Positions 34,830 through 44,795 of a stretch of DNA of 55,694 bases are shown here, piece by piece. This stretch comes from a virus. Lineage: Duplodnaviria > Caudoviricetes. The notes below the pieces were generated by a model, which had not been told where the DNA came from, searched no databases, and saw only the letters and a program-made list of their open reading frames with translations. Every line of letters starts with the position of its first letter. Positions within the stretch are counted from its first letter, which is position 1. The stretch lies in the IMG/VR virus record IMGVR_UViG_3300035683_000205, positions 1 through 55,694 of that record. One strand, given 5' to 3'. The translations under genes were made by a program, and so were the position numbers.

Positions 34830-35870
34830 ATGCCCGACACCGTGGACATCTTTTCGACCGGCTTCCTGATGAAGCTGGTTCCCCTGCTGCCGCAGCCGAA
34901 GCGGCACTTCCTCGACCGCTACTTCCCCGCGGTGGAGGAGCAGGGCGGGCAGTTCATCATCGTGGAGCGGATCACCAACCGCCCGCGCCTGGCGCCGTTC
35001 GTCTCGCCCCTCCAGGAGGGCAAGGTGGTGGAGAGCCGCCGGCACACCGCCGAGGTGATCGAGCCCGCCTACGTGAAGGACAAGCGGCGCTACGACCCCG
35101 CCGGCTCGCTTCGCCGGATGCCGGGGGAGGCCATCGGCGGATCCATCGACCCGGTGACCCGGCGTCGCCTCAAGCTCCGGCAGGATTCGGAGGAGCAGGT
35201 GGAGATGCTGAACAACCGCGAGGAGGTGATGGCCGCGGAGTTCCTGCGCACCGGCAAGGTGACCATCACTGGGGAGGGCTTCGGCACGACGGTGGTGGAC
35301 TTCCGCCGCAACGCCACCCACACCGTCGTGCTGACCGGCGGGGCCCGCTGGTCGGAGGTGGGCGCCAAGCCCCTGGTGGACATCGAGAACTGGTCCACCC
35401 GCGTCCACGACAACAGCGACGCCGCGCCGGTCGAGGTGACCATGGCGCCGGACGCCTGGGCGGCGCTGAAGGCCCGGCTCACCGAGACGGAGCTGAAGGT
35501 GCTGCTGGACTCCCAGCGCGGGAGCGAGTCGCGCATCGAGATGGGCCCCAGGAAGCCCGGCACGGCCATGTACCAGGGCCGGATCGGGAACTTCGACTTC
35601 TGGACCCTGAAGCAGACGTTCCGCGAGATCGACGGGACGGAGGTGCAGGCGATGCCGTCCGGCTGGGTCGTGATGGCGGCGCCGGAGCTGATGGGCACCC
35701 GCGTCTACGGCGGCATCTACGAAGAGCGGCTGGGGGGCTATGTCGACCTCCGCTACTACCAGAAGAGCTGGATCGAGGAGGACCCCAGCGTCCGCTGGCT
35801 GCTGATGCAGTCGGCCCCGCTGGTGGTCCCCTACCGCCCGGACGCCTCGCTGGGCGCGAAGGTCCTGTGA
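34830..35870 (+). CDS. Major capsid protein, lambda gpE family
   Basis: FLDRYFP, LAPFVSP, PAYVK.K, REE.MAA..L..GK, QSAPL.VP. Confidence 0.95.
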   Translation: MPDTVDIFSTGFLMKLVPLLPQPKRHFLDRYFPAVEEQGGQFIIVERITNRPRLAPFVSPLQEGKVVESRRHTAEVIEPAYVKDKRRYDPAGSLRRMPGEAIGGSIDPVTRRRLKLRQDSEEQVEMLNNREEVMAAEFLRTGKVTITGEGFGTTVVDFRRNATHTVVLTGGARWSEVGAKPLVDIENWSTRVHDNSDAAPVEVTMAPDAWAALKARLTETELKVLLDSQRGSESRIEMGPRKPGTAMYQGRIGNFDFWTLKQTFREIDGTEVQAMPSGWVVMAAPELMGTRVYGGIYEERLGGYVDLRYYQKSWIEEDPSVRWLLMQSAPLVVPYRPDASLGAKVL

Positions 35871-35874
35871 TGCC

Positions 35875-35903
35875 GCGGGGGCGCGGCCAGTCCGCGCCCC
35901 CGC
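35875..35903 (+). terminator. 12-bp hairpin after the capsid gene
   Basis: GCGGGGGCGCGG / CCGCGCCCCCGC; no U tract. Confidence 0.45.
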
Positions 35904-35929
35904 TCCTCCCCAACTGAAGAGACAGAGCC

Positions 35930-36172
35930 ATGGCAAACACCGAGACGGGCGGCGCCGGGAGCGGCGCCGGGGCGAAGCCCGCCGCGAGCGCGGCCGGGGG
36001 CGCGGCGAAGAGCACGAAGCGCAAGCGCATCGTGCCGAGCGTCACGCTGGAGGGCAAGGACGAGAACGGCAAGCGGGTGCTCCACGAGGTCGGGAAGCCG
36101 GTCCTGTGGGACGCGGCGGAGGCCGAGGAGCTGATCAAGGCGGGGCACGCCGCCGCCGACGAGGAGAAGTAG
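35930..36172 (+). CDS. Small head-associated protein
   Basis: Position after the capsid gene; EAEELI..G.A motif. Confidence 0.65.
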   Translation: MANTETGGAGSGAGAKPAASAAGGAAKSTKRKRIVPSVTLEGKDENGKRVLHEVGKPVLWDAAEAEELIKAGHAAADEEK

Positions 36173-36176
36173 CGGT

Positions 36177-36809
36177 ATGGACGCGCTCGCCGCCCTGGAG
36201 CTCGCTTTCCGGCACACCGAGGGGGAACAGGTCACCATCGGCGACGTGGTGACCTGGGGCCACCTGGACGCGGTGTCGCCGTCCGGCTTCGGGGCGGCGG
36301 GCGTCACCGCGTCCAGCGCGGAGGCGGCGCCGCTGGTCCGGGTGGTCACCATCCCCCGCCAGGCGTACCCCGCGCTCCAGATCGGCGGGACGGTGACGGT
36401 TGGGGCCGTGGAGGAGGTGGTTCGCGGCATCGCCCCCGCGGAGCGCGACCCGGCGCTGCTGCGGGTGCTGCTGCTGGACTGGACGCACGTGGTGACGCTG
36501 TACCGGCCGGGGGTGTCGGGTGCGAACGACCGGGGCCGCCGCAGGACCGGGTGGACGCAGGTCGTTGCCGGGGTCCGGGGGACCATCGTTCCCGGTGCGG
36601 GGGAGCTGGAGGGCGAGGTTTCGGGCCAGGTGTCGCATGCGGCCGCGCGGGGCTCCTTCCTTCCGGGGTCCGGCTTCCAGGTGGGCGACGGGGTGCGGGT
36701 GACCGAAGGGCCCGGCCCGGCCCGCTACATCGTCCAGGCGGTGGCGGACTTCGGCTCCACCTGGGGCGCGCGCGTGGACCTGGCCGCGACGCTGGAGTCG
36801 TTCGGATGA
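36177..36809 (+). CDS. Head-tail connector/closure protein
   Basis: Position and beta-rich composition. Confidence 0.6.
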   Translation: MDALAALELAFRHTEGEQVTIGDVVTWGHLDAVSPSGFGAAGVTASSAEAAPLVRVVTIPRQAYPALQIGGTVTVGAVEEVVRGIAPAERDPALLRVLLLDWTHVVTLYRPGVSGANDRGRRRTGWTQVVAGVRGTIVPGAGELEGEVSGQVSHAAARGSFLPGSGFQVGDGVRVTEGPGPARYIVQAVADFGSTWGARVDLAATLESFG

Positions 36810-37240
36810 TCCGGGCGACCTACACGGACCGCTCCGCGGCGGCGGTGGAGGAGTTCCGGCGGCGCTTCGGGCCGGTGCTGGTGCGCGCTGCAGGTGAGGT
36901 GCGCGACACCGTGGTGGAGTACATCGAGGACGCGCCGCCCCGCACCGGGCGCCCTCGGCGCAACGCCCGCTCCGGCGAGACGGAACGCAGCTCGGCGCCC
37001 GGTGAGCCTCCGGCCGAGGGGACCGGGGCCTACATCGACTCCTGGGACTACTCCCGCGAGGCGCGCAGCGACGGCTCCAGGCTGATCGCGTCCGCCGGCA
37101 GCGACATGCAGAGCGATGCAGGGATCCCGCTCGGCGCCGACCTGGAGCATGGCGTCACCGTGGATGCTCGCCCGCACGTCGGGCCGGCGATGAACGAGGC
37201 CGGCGCACGGATCCGGGACGTGCTGGACGGCGCCCGGTGA
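36806..37240 (+). CDS. HK97 gp10-like neck protein
   Basis: SAPGEPPA..TG, LEHG....ARP...PA. Confidence 0.8.
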   Translation: MIRATYTDRSAAAVEEFRRRFGPVLVRAAGEVRDTVVEYIEDAPPRTGRPRRNARSGETERSSAPGEPPAEGTGAYIDSWDYSREARSDGSRLIASAGSDMQSDAGIPLGADLEHGVTVDARPHVGPAMNEAGARIRDVLDGAR

Positions 37241-37671
37241 GTGCTCCCCTCGCCCCCCTGGACGCCGCCGAGACGGGGTTCTTCGAGCGGCTGAGGGCTC
37301 CGGCCGTGGTGGCGGTCGTCGGCACCGACGAGACGGAGGCCGTGCGCGCGGCCCCCGGCCAGTGGACCGACACGGAGGACCCCACCGACTACCCGCGCGT
37401 GGCCTTCCAGGGCCAGGAGCGCCCCTGGGGAGGGCAGGGGCGGCGGGGCGAGGTGATTCTGACGGTGGACATGTTCGCCTGGCACGAGGGAGAGGACCCC
37501 GACGCCGTGCTGGCGGCGGTGGACGCGGTGATCTACGCCGCGTGTGCAGACCAATGCTGGCGCGCCGGGGGGCGCCGGTTGAAGTGCATAGATCTGGGTG
37601 CGCGGAGCTGGCCGACCCCCGCGGGGCGGCCACTCCGCCGGACGCGGAAGTACCGCGTCTACGTGAGCTGA
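37237..37671 (+). CDS. Tail terminator-like protein
   Basis: Position before the major tail gene; YP.V and VD.F motifs. Confidence 0.6.
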   Translation: MSAPLAPLDAAETGFFERLRAPAVVAVVGTDETEAVRAAPGQWTDTEDPTDYPRVAFQGQERPWGGQGRRGEVILTVDMFAWHEGEDPDAVLAAVDAVIYAACADQCWRAGGRRLKCIDLGARSWPTPAGRPLRRTRKYRVYVS

Positions 37672-37695
37672 GGCGCAGCGACAGGAGATACAACC

Positions 37696-38217
37696 GTGGC
37701 GAACGCGAGAGAGACGCCGCTGATCGGGATCAGCGCGGTAAGCAAGGTGGTGGGCGGCCTCAAGGTGCCGCTCGGCCACACGGAGGCCATGGGCTTCGAG
37801 ATCTGGGAGGACCTGACCCGCTACGAGATCGAGAACGGGTTCACCGGGGGCGTGCGCAAGTCCACGCCGCAGCGCGTGCGGGGGCACTGCATCATCCGCC
37901 TCCAGGACGTGGACCTGGCGAACGTCGCGGACATGAAGGGGCTCCCCTCCTCGGCGCTGGTGGGCGACCTGCGGGCCGCCACCCCCACCAAGGAGGTGCT
38001 GTCGGTCTACGCGGACCAGATCGGGACCCAGGAGCTGGAGCTGTCCATCGAGGGACCCGGCCCCGAGGGACCGGCCGAGGTCAAGGTCTACCGCGCCGTG
38101 GTGGAGAACCCGCCGCGGATCGTGATGGGCCGGGAGCGCCACCAGGTGCTGGAGACGCAGTTCCTCCTCCTGGAGACGGCCGCCCGCAAGCTGTACGACA
38201 TCGAGCACAACCTGTAA
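37696..38217 (+). CDS. Major tail tube protein
   Basis: AGGAG SD; LGHT..GF, L...NV, beta-rich; position. Confidence 0.7.
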   Translation: MANARETPLIGISAVSKVVGGLKVPLGHTEAMGFEIWEDLTRYEIENGFTGGVRKSTPQRVRGHCIIRLQDVDLANVADMKGLPSSALVGDLRAATPTKEVLSVYADQIGTQELELSIEGPGPEGPAEVKVYRAVVENPPRIVMGRERHQVLETQFLLLETAARKLYDIEHNL

Positions 38218-38232
38218 CGGAGGCGCCGCACC

Positions 38233-38616
38233 ATGCCCGACAAGTACATGACGCTCACCCGCCCGTACCCGCGGGGTGGAGTGATCCACCCGGTGGGGCG
38301 CGTGCTCCGCGTGTCGGAGGCGATCGCGGGGAGCATCGAGGACGGCCAGTGGGGGCGCGAGGCGACCGCCGACGAGGTGGAGCAGGCGTTCCCGTCCGCA
38401 CCGAAGGCGAGCGAGGAGGCCGCCGTGGTGGCCTCGCCGGCCCAGGTGGACGCGGCCACGGTGATCGACGCCACCGACGCCGCGCGTGCGCTGGCCGACG
38501 CCAGCAGCCTGGACCTGCTGCCCTACGCGGGGAAGGGGACCGGGACCGGCGGGCGCATCACCAAGGGCGACGTGGAGGGCTGGCTGGAGCCGCCCCAGAC
38601 TGAACCCCAGGCGTGA
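38233..38616 (+). CDS. Protein with a C-terminal E3-binding (PSBD) domain
   Basis: ATDAARALA....DL....GTG.GGRITKGDV matches the 2-oxoacid dehydrogenase E2 peripheral subunit-binding pattern. Confidence 0.8.
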   Translation: MPDKYMTLTRPYPRGGVIHPVGRVLRVSEAIAGSIEDGQWGREATADEVEQAFPSAPKASEEAAVVASPAQVDAATVIDATDAARALADASSLDLLPYAGKGTGTGGRITKGDVEGWLEPPQTEPQA

Positions 38617-39512
38617 CCGGAGCGACGGCGGCGAGGGTGGCGGGGGACGCCACCCTCGCCCGCATCCGGGACAAGGCGGACCGCCTGGAGCGCACCCTAC
38701 GGCTCCAGTTCCGCGGGGAGCTGCCGGCCGGCGTGGCGGCGGCGCTGGAGTCCGCCGACCCCTCCACCGAGGGCGGCGCCATCGAGCGCCTGGTGACGCT
38801 GCGCATCGCCTACCGGGAGTGGTACGCCCGCGAGTCCGGCCAGATGCGCGAATCGGACGACGCGGAAGGGCTGATGCTCCAGCTGATCGACCGCACCCCG
38901 GTCCGAGTGCGGATCTCGTCGGGCCGGGTGGTCGAGATCACCGGCCGGAGCGTCGCGGCGCTGATCCAGCTGTCCGGGCAAGAGGCCAGGCTGGCGCTCC
39001 TCCAAGTGAAGATCGAGGAAGTGCGGGCGCGCTACCAGCGGGCGTTGCGCCACGCCCGCAAGGCGCCGTCCGGCAACCTGCGGAGGGGGTGGCGGACCTA
39101 CGCCGAGACGGTGCAGGCGGCCTACACGGAGCTGCACACCGCCCTGCTCCGGCACCGCGAGCGCCTGTGCGCCCACCTCGCCACCCCGGACGGCGCGCCC
39201 GCCCGGCTGGAGGACCCCGCGCCGGAGTGGTGGCGGGAGCTGACCCCCGAGGACGACGCCCTGCTGATCCTGGCGTGCCACCACGCCGGGCCTGAACGCA
39301 TCTCGCGTGCGTCCCAGGCGCTCGCCAAGAAGCAGGGAGGGGGCGGGGCGCCGCTGGCGTTCCATCGCCTGCTGGGAGCCTACGCCAGGGCGCTGCGGGT
39401 TCAGCCGGCGGCCCTGATGTCCAAGGACTTCGGCCAGATCTGGGCGGAAGTCGAAAGCCTGCCGCAGCACGCCGCAGCGGGCTACGAGGAAGCGCTGGAC
39501 GACGACGCCTGA
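38613..39512 (+). CDS. Probable tail assembly chaperone
   Basis: Helical protein directly upstream of the tape measure gene. Confidence 0.5.
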   Translation: MTGATAARVAGDATLARIRDKADRLERTLRLQFRGELPAGVAAALESADPSTEGGAIERLVTLRIAYREWYARESGQMRESDDAEGLMLQLIDRTPVRVRISSGRVVEITGRSVAALIQLSGQEARLALLQVKIEEVRARYQRALRHARKAPSGNLRRGWRTYAETVQAAYTELHTALLRHRERLCAHLATPDGAPARLEDPAPEWWRELTPEDDALLILACHHAGPERISRASQALAKKQGGGGAPLAFHRLLGAYARALRVQPAALMSKDFGQIWAEVESLPQHAAAGYEEALDDDA

Positions 39513-39531
39513 GCCGACGCCGACACGCCCC

Positions 39532-42500
39532 ATGACCGAAGACTTCGAGGTAGGCGAATTCCGCGTGGACGTGGTGGCCGACACCGGGGACCTGCAAAAG
39601 CAGCTCGCCGGGATCGGTGACACCGCGGCGCGTGCCGGCCGCGAGACGAGCGCCACCATGCGCCCGGCCGCGCGGGACGTGGAGGTCTTCGGGGACCGCG
39701 TGCGGGGCGTGAGCACCATGCTCGCGGGACTGCTCGCGATGATCGTGTCCACCGGGACCAACGCCTGGCGGGGCATGCTGGGGTTCATCGGGCGCACCAC
39801 GGCCGGACTGATCGACCTGAGCGCGGTGGGGCTCCTCCAGGTCTCCCGCGGCATGCGGACCGTGGCGGAGTCCACGCGGGACGCCAACGGGCAGTTGAGC
39901 ACCACGGGGAAGGTCGCCATCGTCGCCAGCGAGGGGCTGGAGAAGATCGCGCAGACGGCGCTCATTGTCTCCGGGGTGATCACCGGGCTCCAGATCGCGG
40001 CGGCCACCGCGTTCGCCGCGATCGTCGTGGCTGCGCACCGCGCGGCGGCGGACTTCGAGCCGGCCTGGAATCGGGTGCTCACCGTGCTGGGGCGGACCGG
40101 GGGCGAGTTCCACGCGCTGCGTGGCCAGGTGTCGAACATGGCCGGCGGGATCGGGGCGGACGCCAAGGAGGCGGCGGCGGCGCTGTACGAGATCCTGGGG
40201 GCCATGCCGCAGCTGACCGGGGCTCCGCAGCGGTCGCTCAAACTTCTGGAGGAGTCGCTGGAGGCAGGCGCTACCGGCTTCACGGAGACGGCCGAGGCGG
40301 CGGCGGCGGCCACGGGCGTCCTGAACGCCTTCGGGATGGAGGTGGAGCGGTCCACGGAGGTCATGGACGCGCTGTGGGCCGCCCAGGATGCCGGCAAGTT
40401 CACCCTCGGCCAGATCGCTCAGGAAATCGGCCCGGCCGCCGCCACCATCGCCGCGCTGGGGGGCAGCTACAAGGATCTGCTCGCCATCCTGGCGGTGACG
40501 ACGCCGCTCAACATCCCCGTGCCGGAAGCGGTGACGCAGGTCGAGTCCGCCATCGGCTCGCTGCTGAACCAGGGGCCGCAGGCTCAGGCGGCCATGAAGG
40601 AGCTGGGCATCACCATCGACGCCAACAGCGTGCGGACCAAGGGGCTCGCCGGGGCGCTGCTGGAGGTGATCGAAGCCACGCAGGGCAACCCGGAGACGCT
40701 GCGGCGCTTCTTCCCGGACCGCGAGGGCCTGTCGCTGATGATCCAGCTGTCGCAGCGGACGGACGAGCTGCGCGCCCGGATTGACGACGTGTCCAACTCC
40801 CAGGGCCGCCACCGCGAGGTGGTCGACCAGATGAACAACTCCTGGGAGCGGCAAAAGGAGATTCTTGGGCAGCACATCCCCACCACCCTGCGGGGGCTCG
40901 GGTTCGAGTTCGAGGGGCTGGGGGTCAAGGCGCTCCGGGTAATCAACCGCATCGCATTCGCGCTCCGCGGGCTGGACGCGCAGGGCCGCCGCATCGAGCT
41001 GCCGCAGACGGCGTGGACGCGCATGGAGGACGCGGTGCGCGGCGAGGAGGCACGCCGGCGCGAGGTGGAGGAGCGGCTGCGCGGGGCGTTCGCCGCGCGG
41101 GCCGCCGCCCGCACGGCCGCCCCCCAGCCGTCGCCGTTCAACCCCACGGCGTACCTGTTCGGGGACCAGCTCACCAAGCCCCGCGTGGCGCCCGAGGTGG
41201 CGACGCTGGACGCCTCGCGCAAGAAGGTGGACGAGCTGCGCACGTCGCTCGAGGCCGCGGCCACGGTGGCGCTCGCGGCGTCCGGCGACTACGGCACCTA
41301 CGAGAAGGCGGTGGAGAACACGCGGCAGCGGGTCAACGCGCTGGTGCTCGCGGAAATGCGGCGGCTGGAGGCGGCGGGGGTCCAGAAGTCGGAGATCGCC
41401 GCGCTGGCGGAGCTGTACCAGGCCGACGCCTCGGGCTACCGCAAGGCGCAGCAGCAGAGGCAGGCCGCCAGCCGCAAGGCCACCGAGGAGTTGAAGCGGG
41501 ACCAGGAGGAGCTGGAGCGGGCGCGCGACCGGCACGCCACCGCCCTGGACCGCCAGGTGGAGCAGCTGCGGAAGTGGGCGGACACCGCCGAGGCGCTAAA
41601 GCAGAACGGCCTTGCGGAACAGCTTCGGCAGGAGGCCCGCGAGCTGGCGCTGTACGGCACGACGCTGGGGCAGTGGGCGGACCAGCTCCGCGCGGTGATC
41701 AGCGGCGTGCAGACGCTCGACCGCTCCGGCAGGAGCCGCCTGTTCGACCCGGACCGGCTGGCGGATCCGTTCGGCGCCGCGCTCAAGGACGTGCAGCCGC
41801 AGCTGGAGGCGCTGACGCTCACCTACGAGACCGCCATGTCGGAGGCCCAGGAGCGGCTGGCCGCCAAGGCGGTCTCGCGGGACGACTTCGAGGACGCGGG
41901 CCGGGCGGCGGCGGAGAAGTTCAACGCCGGTCTCTTCGAGTTTCTAGAGCAGCTGGAGGCGGACGACGTGATCCCGCCCCAGGTGTTGAACGAGGTCCGC
42001 GCCCGCTTCAAGAACACCGAGGGCGAGCCGGACAAGAAGCAGGACCCCGCCGACCAGGCGCGCGAGTACGGCACGCTCGCGCGCGCGGTGCTCCAGGCGG
42101 CGGACGCCTTCGGGAACCTGGACGAGGGGATCCGCTCCGCCCTGGAAGCGGCCATCTCGCTGGCGGAGACCATCGGCTCCATCGACTTCTCGAAGGTGCG
42201 CGTCAAGGAGATGCCGAGCGGGGAGCGGGTCGCCTACGGCGGGCTCTCCGTCGCAGGCACGGCCGCGCTCGTCTCCGGCATGGCGGGCCTCGCCGCCGCG
42301 TTCGTGGAGTGGGGGCAGCGGCGGCGCGAGGCGGAGCTGGCCCTGATACAGCAGATCGCGCGCAACTCGCGGGCGCTGGAGGCGTTCCGGGAGAAGGAGC
42401 TGCGCGACGTGAGCCCCGCGGATCGGGACGCCCTGCTGACCCAGGCGGCGGCCTTCGAGAAGCGCTGGGGGGAGTCCATCCGCAACATGCAGGCGGTGGG

Positions 42501-43650
42501 CTATCAGTCCGGATACATGAACGGGCTGACGCCGCAGCAGGTCGAGTTCCTGAACCGGCTGGAGGAGATCACCGGCGGCGAGTTCTTCGACCAGAAGACG
42601 GGTCGTCTCCAGTTCGAGGGGTTCCGCGAGGCGCTGGAGGCGTTCCGCTCCGGAGAGCTGGGCGGGTTCGGGGACGACCTGCAGGGCGAGATGGACCGGC
42701 TCGCGTTCCTGTTCGCGGGGGCAGGGGACGCCATCGGCGACGCGACGGACCGCATGGCGGCCTTCCTGGAGACGGTGCGGAAGTTCTCCCCTGACTTCGC
42801 CGCGGAGCTGGAGCGCGTGCTGAAAGAGCAGGGACCCGAGGCGGCGCGGGCGTGGCTGGAGGCTCAGGTCCTCGCCTACGGGCAGGGTGGGGTGGGCGCC
42901 GTCTCCGGCCTGTTCGGCGCCGGCCTGACGGCTGAGGACATCGAGCGGATCCTGGCGGCTGCGCGGGAACGCGTGGACGAGGTGGAGAAGGGCGCCACCG
43001 CGGGCGCGGAGAGCACGTCCTACCAGAACGTCAAGACCATCACGGAGCAGACGGGGCACCGGCTCTACGGGGCGCTGGTGACGCTCGTGTTCCTGGTGCG
43101 GGCCATCTACAGCTTCCTCACCGGCAAGCCTTTCGAGGTGCCGGTGGTGGTGGAGCCCGCTGTCCCCGCCGGGCCGTCCACCCCGCCCACCGGCGGCCCG
43201 GACCCGATTCCCGGCGGCTCCGCCGGGGATCCCCCTGGCGCGGGCGCTGGCGGCGGTAGCAGGCCCGTGGAGCCCCCGGTCAACGTCGGGGACGCTGCGG
43301 CCCTGTCCGTGGTCCCCACGCTCAGTGTGGGGCGCCTGGTGGTGGACTCCCTGACCCTCCCGGACCTGGCGCTCGCCGGCCCCCCCGCGGCCCCGCGCTA
43401 CGGGGCCGCCGACCGGCTGGAGCTTGCCCCGGCAGGCGTGGAGGGCGACGGGGGGCAGTTCTTCGGTGACGTCTACGTGACCGTCGAGGCGTCGTTCGCC
43501 GGCTCCGCGCCGGGTGTGTCGTTTAAGGACGCAGGGCAGCAGATCGGGCAGAGCATCCGGAAAGAGTTGACCGTGGACGGGATCGACCGCGCCCTCGGGC
43601 GAAAGGTCCGCGACATCCGCCGCGCCCGTGGCGGGCGCCCCACCTCGTAG
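39532..43650 (+). CDS. Tape measure protein, TP901-like core
   Basis: 1372 aa helical; A.ALY, LNAFG, D.L..A...GK.T..Q.A..IG. Confidence 0.92.
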   Translation: MTEDFEVGEFRVDVVADTGDLQKQLAGIGDTAARAGRETSATMRPAARDVEVFGDRVRGVSTMLAGLLAMIVSTGTNAWRGMLGFIGRTTAGLIDLSAVGLLQVSRGMRTVAESTRDANGQLSTTGKVAIVASEGLEKIAQTALIVSGVITGLQIAAATAFAAIVVAAHRAAADFEPAWNRVLTVLGRTGGEFHALRGQVSNMAGGIGADAKEAAAALYEILGAMPQLTGAPQRSLKLLEESLEAGATGFTETAEAAAAATGVLNAFGMEVERSTEVMDALWAAQDAGKFTLGQIAQEIGPAAATIAALGGSYKDLLAILAVTTPLNIPVPEAVTQVESAIGSLLNQGPQAQAAMKELGITIDANSVRTKGLAGALLEVIEATQGNPETLRRFFPDREGLSLMIQLSQRTDELRARIDDVSNSQGRHREVVDQMNNSWERQKEILGQHIPTTLRGLGFEFEGLGVKALRVINRIAFALRGLDAQGRRIELPQTAWTRMEDAVRGEEARRREVEERLRGAFAARAAARTAAPQPSPFNPTAYLFGDQLTKPRVAPEVATLDASRKKVDELRTSLEAAATVALAASGDYGTYEKAVENTRQRVNALVLAEMRRLEAAGVQKSEIAALAELYQADASGYRKAQQQRQAASRKATEELKRDQEELERARDRHATALDRQVEQLRKWADTAEALKQNGLAEQLRQEARELALYGTTLGQWADQLRAVISGVQTLDRSGRSRLFDPDRLADPFGAALKDVQPQLEALTLTYETAMSEAQERLAAKAVSRDDFEDAGRAAAEKFNAGLFEFLEQLEADDVIPPQVLNEVRARFKNTEGEPDKKQDPADQAREYGTLARAVLQAADAFGNLDEGIRSALEAAISLAETIGSIDFSKVRVKEMPSGERVAYGGLSVAGTAALVSGMAGLAAAFVEWGQRRREAELALIQQIARNSRALEAFREKELRDVSPADRDALLTQAAAFEKRWGESIRNMQAVGYQSGYMNGLTPQQVEFLNRLEEITGGEFFDQKTGRLQFEGFREALEAFRSGELGGFGDDLQGEMDRLAFLFAGAGDAIGDATDRMAAFLETVRKFSPDFAAELERVLKEQGPEAARAWLEAQVLAYGQGGVGAVSGLFGAGLTAEDIERILAAARERVDEVEKGATAGAESTSYQNVKTITEQTGHRLYGALVTLVFLVRAIYSFLTGKPFEVPVVVEPAVPAGPSTPPTGGPDPIPGGSAGDPPGAGAGGGSRPVEPPVNVGDAAALSVVPTLSVGRLVVDSLTLPDLALAGPPAAPRYGAADRLELAPAGVEGDGGQFFGDVYVTVEASFAGSAPGVSFKDAGQQIGQSIRKELTVDGIDRALGRKVRDIRRARGGRPTS

Positions 43651-43664
43651 CAGGAGAACCGACC

Positions 43665-44792
43665 ATGCAAAGACCTCCGCACGCACGGCGCACCCGTAAG
43701 TGGCGCGCCCCCGCATCACAGTCCCCCCCTCAGCTCTCCGCAGGTGCCATCGGAGCCACGGCTGGGGATGGCAAGGTGACCATCACGGAGACAAGCGCCC
43801 CGGCGAACGCCGCCGGGGCGGTCACGCGCGCCCTGTACCGCAGCACCACGGCGGGCCAGCTCGGTACGCTGGTGTCTGCCGTGACGCTCCCGCACGAGGA
43901 CCAGGGGCGCACGAACGGGGTGGCGCTCTACTACACGCTACGGGTGAGCGACGGGAGCACCACGGCAGACACCCCGCAGGTAAGCGCCACGCCGCAGGCG
44001 GCGGGCGGCACGAGTGCGCTGATCCTGGGTGCGAACTTCAACGACAACTCGCTCGGAGGCTTCGCGCCCTATCACGATCTGGGCGAAACGATCTCCGTCA
44101 TCAACGACCCCACGGGCAGCGGGCGCGGAAAGGTTTTGCGGATTCCCTACAACCGGCCGACGACGTCCACCCGGCTCGACATCAACGCCAACATTCACCC
44201 CCCGGACCAGACGCCGGGCCTGCTGGGGTCTGAGGGCTTGACCTTCGGGGGCCGGGGCTACTTCGCGGGGGACTTCTACCTCCCGCAGGGCACCCTCACC
44301 GGAGCCGCACCGGAGCAGGAGCAGCGCAAGCTCGTCTACCCAAAGTTCGGCGACTACAACTCCGGCGCCTACCGGCACGATTGGGCCGTGATCGCATGGG
44401 GGCGCACCACCAGCGACCCCCGCGGCCCCGGGATGGACCTCCAGCTGATCTCGGGCACGAAAGGCGTGGGCGGCGAGCCGGATTACCGCCAGTGGCAGTA
44501 CGGCATCGCGCCCCTGTCGTTCGCCACCTGGTACCGGCTGGAGATGGAGTGGCAGTTCAACACGGCCGGACTTCCCGACGCGTGGATCACCATCTACCTG
44601 GACGGCGTGCAAGTCTACCACCGCGCCAACTTCATGTTGGCGGCGCCCCACCCGACGCAGCCTGGCCTGTTTAACAGGCTGTACAACTTCAACATCGGGG
44701 ACCAGAAGCAGGCCGACTCCAGCACCAACCTCGCGATCTTCTCGGAAGGCCGCCTCTGGGACAACATCGAAATCCGCACCGCGAGGCCCTAG
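43665..44792 (+). CDS. Virion accessory protein: Fn3-like plus lectin/lyase-like jelly-roll domain
   Basis: ATAGDGKVTI..LYRST..TNG...YY..VS..TP; QRKL, TWYRLE...N..G..D..I.IYLDG, WDNI.I. Confidence 0.7.
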   Translation: MQRPPHARRTRKWRAPASQSPPQLSAGAIGATAGDGKVTITETSAPANAAGAVTRALYRSTTAGQLGTLVSAVTLPHEDQGRTNGVALYYTLRVSDGSTTADTPQVSATPQAAGGTSALILGANFNDNSLGGFAPYHDLGETISVINDPTGSGRGKVLRIPYNRPTTSTRLDINANIHPPDQTPGLLGSEGLTFGGRGYFAGDFYLPQGTLTGAAPEQEQRKLVYPKFGDYNSGAYRHDWAVIAWGRTTSDPRGPGMDLQLISGTKGVGGEPDYRQWQYGIAPLSFATWYRLEMEWQFNTAGLPDAWITIYLDGVQVYHRANFMLAAPHPTQPGLFNRLYNFNIGDQKQADSSTNLAIFSEGRLWDNIEIRTARP

Positions 44793-44795
44793 GCC

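Noticed and set aside
38233-39512. Programmed G/GT tail-chaperone frameshift
   Set aside because: No clear slippery heptamer; the two ORFs are joined by an ordinary GTGA overlap.
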